From contig CP000071.1 in the NCBI GenBank assembly GCA_000002445.1, forward strand, positions 1,472,001 through 1,536,000: a DNA stretch of 64,000 bases. The letters are read 5' to 3'. The DNA comes from Trypanosoma brucei (Eukaryota). Within the stretch, counting starts at the first letter, position 1. The number at the start of each line of letters is the position of its first letter. The position numbers and the translations under genes were made by a program. Positions 62,992 through 64,000 of the stretch are shown piece after piece. The notes under the pieces are model-generated. The model made no database searches and had not been told where the DNA came from. It saw nothing but the letters and a program-made list of their open reading frames with translations.

Positions 62992-63279
62992 ATGGCGTTT
63001 CAAACACCGTGGATTTTTATCGCTGTCATTGGTGTTCCACTCTTTATGGTCTACACGAAGGCGCGGCGCATGGACGCGAAGGAAATACACGAAATACAAA
63101 TGCGGGTGAAGTATCGTTCCGAGTTTTGGGAAAAGGGAAATGAGTTTGTGCGGAGCCACCGTGAAATCGTCCTGAAAGGACTGAAAGAAACGAATGATCC
63201 GATGGTTGGAAAGGAGTTCAGCGAGTTGGAGACCAATGGCGTAACAAAAACTCACCACTCGATTTGGAAACTGTGGTAA
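62992..63279 (+). CDS. Possible small membrane protein, 95 aa, with an N-terminal transmembrane helix. Uncertain.
   Basis: ATG in a good context (gccATGG), preceded by a CT-rich tract and an AG (62880-62985). N-terminus WIFIAVIGVPLFMVY is hydrophobic. The rest is charged and soluble with plausible codon usage. The ORF is short. Confidence 0.35.
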   Translation: MAFQTPWIFIAVIGVPLFMVYTKARRMDAKEIHEIQMRVKYRSEFWEKGNEFVRSHREIVLKGLKETNDPMVGKEFSELETNGVTKTHHSIWKLW

Positions 63280-64000
63280 TTTGTGTTTATGTGTCAGGTG
63301 GCCCTGCAACAATATCGTGCCTTATCGCTTTCTCTTTGGTTTTATTTGGTTTCTACTTCATCCAGCTGTAGGTTCTATAGCGTATGTGTGTGTATGTGTG
63401 TGGGGAAAAAAGAAAAACTTGAGGGCTCATCTTATTTCTTATTTGTGTCATCAGTTTTGACATCTTGACGTATTTTCTGCTAATTGAGTTTGTTCCCGTT
63501 TCGCAATTTTTTTGGTCTCGCTCTAAGCAATTGTTGAGGCTGTTGGGTACACGACGGTGAACGTGCGCATAGGCACTGTTTCATCCATGTGTTGTGTGGT
63601 GTGGAATTGTAAAAAAATAAAAATAAAATAGTCTTTGTTGTTTTTGTTTTGATATTTTTGTTCTTCCAATTAACTGCACTGCACCGTGAGTCTTCCATTT
63701 TTTCTTTTTTAAGCGATACGTGTGTTCAATCATATGTTACGTTTCAACTTGACTACAGCTGCTCTGTGTCGAAAGCAGCGCTCATACATGATAGGTTGTT
63801 TTACTTCCATGCCATGTACAGATTGATTATGTTTGTTTATCAGCACCTCTCACCTTCACTTCACTTTACTTCACTCACACTAATACGTTTTTACTTCCCC
63901 CAAGGGCTTGAAACAGAAAGAAAAAAGTGAAAAGGAAAGAGCCCTGTGGAGCGGGTTGGAGTGTGTTCAGGGCAAAAGGCGGCGCCGTTGGTGTGCCATT

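Noticed and set aside
1-64000. Search for tRNA, SL-RNA, rRNA, CRISPR arrays, prokaryotic defence or operon structure, and retroelements (ingi/RIME/SLACS).
   Set aside because: No T-loop (GGTTCGAATCC-like) motifs, no SL exon sequence and no rRNA-like blocks were found. No direct-repeat/spacer architecture exists apart from the PFR2 gene array. The only long repeat is the PFR2 array, and it has no reverse transcriptase or endonuclease ORFs, terminal repeats or target-site duplications. The window is eukaryotic (kinetoplastid) nuclear DNA, so prokaryotic system types do not apply.

Overview
This window reads as nuclear DNA from an African trypanosome, most likely Trypanosoma brucei chromosome 8. 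That call rests on my memory of the PFR2 protein sequence and on the co-occurrence of PFR2, ARL6, RNA polymerase I largest subunit and cytochrome c; I could not run a search. All convincing genes lie on the + strand, so the window is part of one polycistronic transcription unit with no strand switch. Every long minus-strand ORF sits antisense inside a stronger + strand gene and looks spurious. The supplied ORF track uses GTG/TTG/CTG as starts, so I moved several starts to the first in-frame ATG; trypanosome genes have no introns and are trans-spliced at an AG downstream of a polypyrimidine tract.

Content, 5' to 3':
- A 5'-open hypothetical gene (2..2602).
- Five identical 600-aa paraflagellar rod protein PFR2 genes in a 2154-bp tandem array (2799..13236).
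- A coiled-coil protein with an IQ motif (14247..15578).
- A TRAPPC5/Bet3-family subunit (16407..16988).
- The 18S rRNA pseudouridine methyltransferase EMG1/NEP1 (17698..18534).
- A 746-aa OTU-domain cysteine protease (19897..22137).
- The ARF-like GTPase ARL6/BBS3 (23996..24565).
- An Sm-like fold protein (25534..25926).
- A FAAH-like amidase-signature enzyme with an N-terminal transmembrane anchor (26758..28545).
- An RNA polymerase largest subunit lacking a CTD and carrying Pol I-type insertions, i.e. RPA1 (30733..36078).
- A 2880-aa uncharacterised protein (37141..45783).
- A 1188-aa leucine-rich-repeat protein (46354..49920).
- About 5 kb of ORF-free AT-rich low-complexity DNA.
- Cytochrome c with the kinetoplastid single-cysteine AxxCH haem motif (55060..55404).
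- A 577-aa hypothetical protein (57691..59424).
- A DAGK_cat-type lipid kinase (60194..61921).
- A possible 95-aa membrane protein (62992..63279).

I saw no prokaryotic-style defence system, CRISPR array, rRNA, tRNA or recognisable mobile element (ingi/RIME/SLACS). The most unusual material is structural and regulatory: the concerted PFR2 array, the unusually long low-complexity flanks of cytochrome c with a 24-nt inverted repeat, and sense-strand G-homopolymers just downstream of several stop codons. Several large or unknown proteins also merit a look: the 2880-aa ORF, the OTU protein with a predicted N-terminal dual-acylation motif and a basic Arg/Ser tail, and an Asp/Gly/Ser-rich insertion in RPA1.
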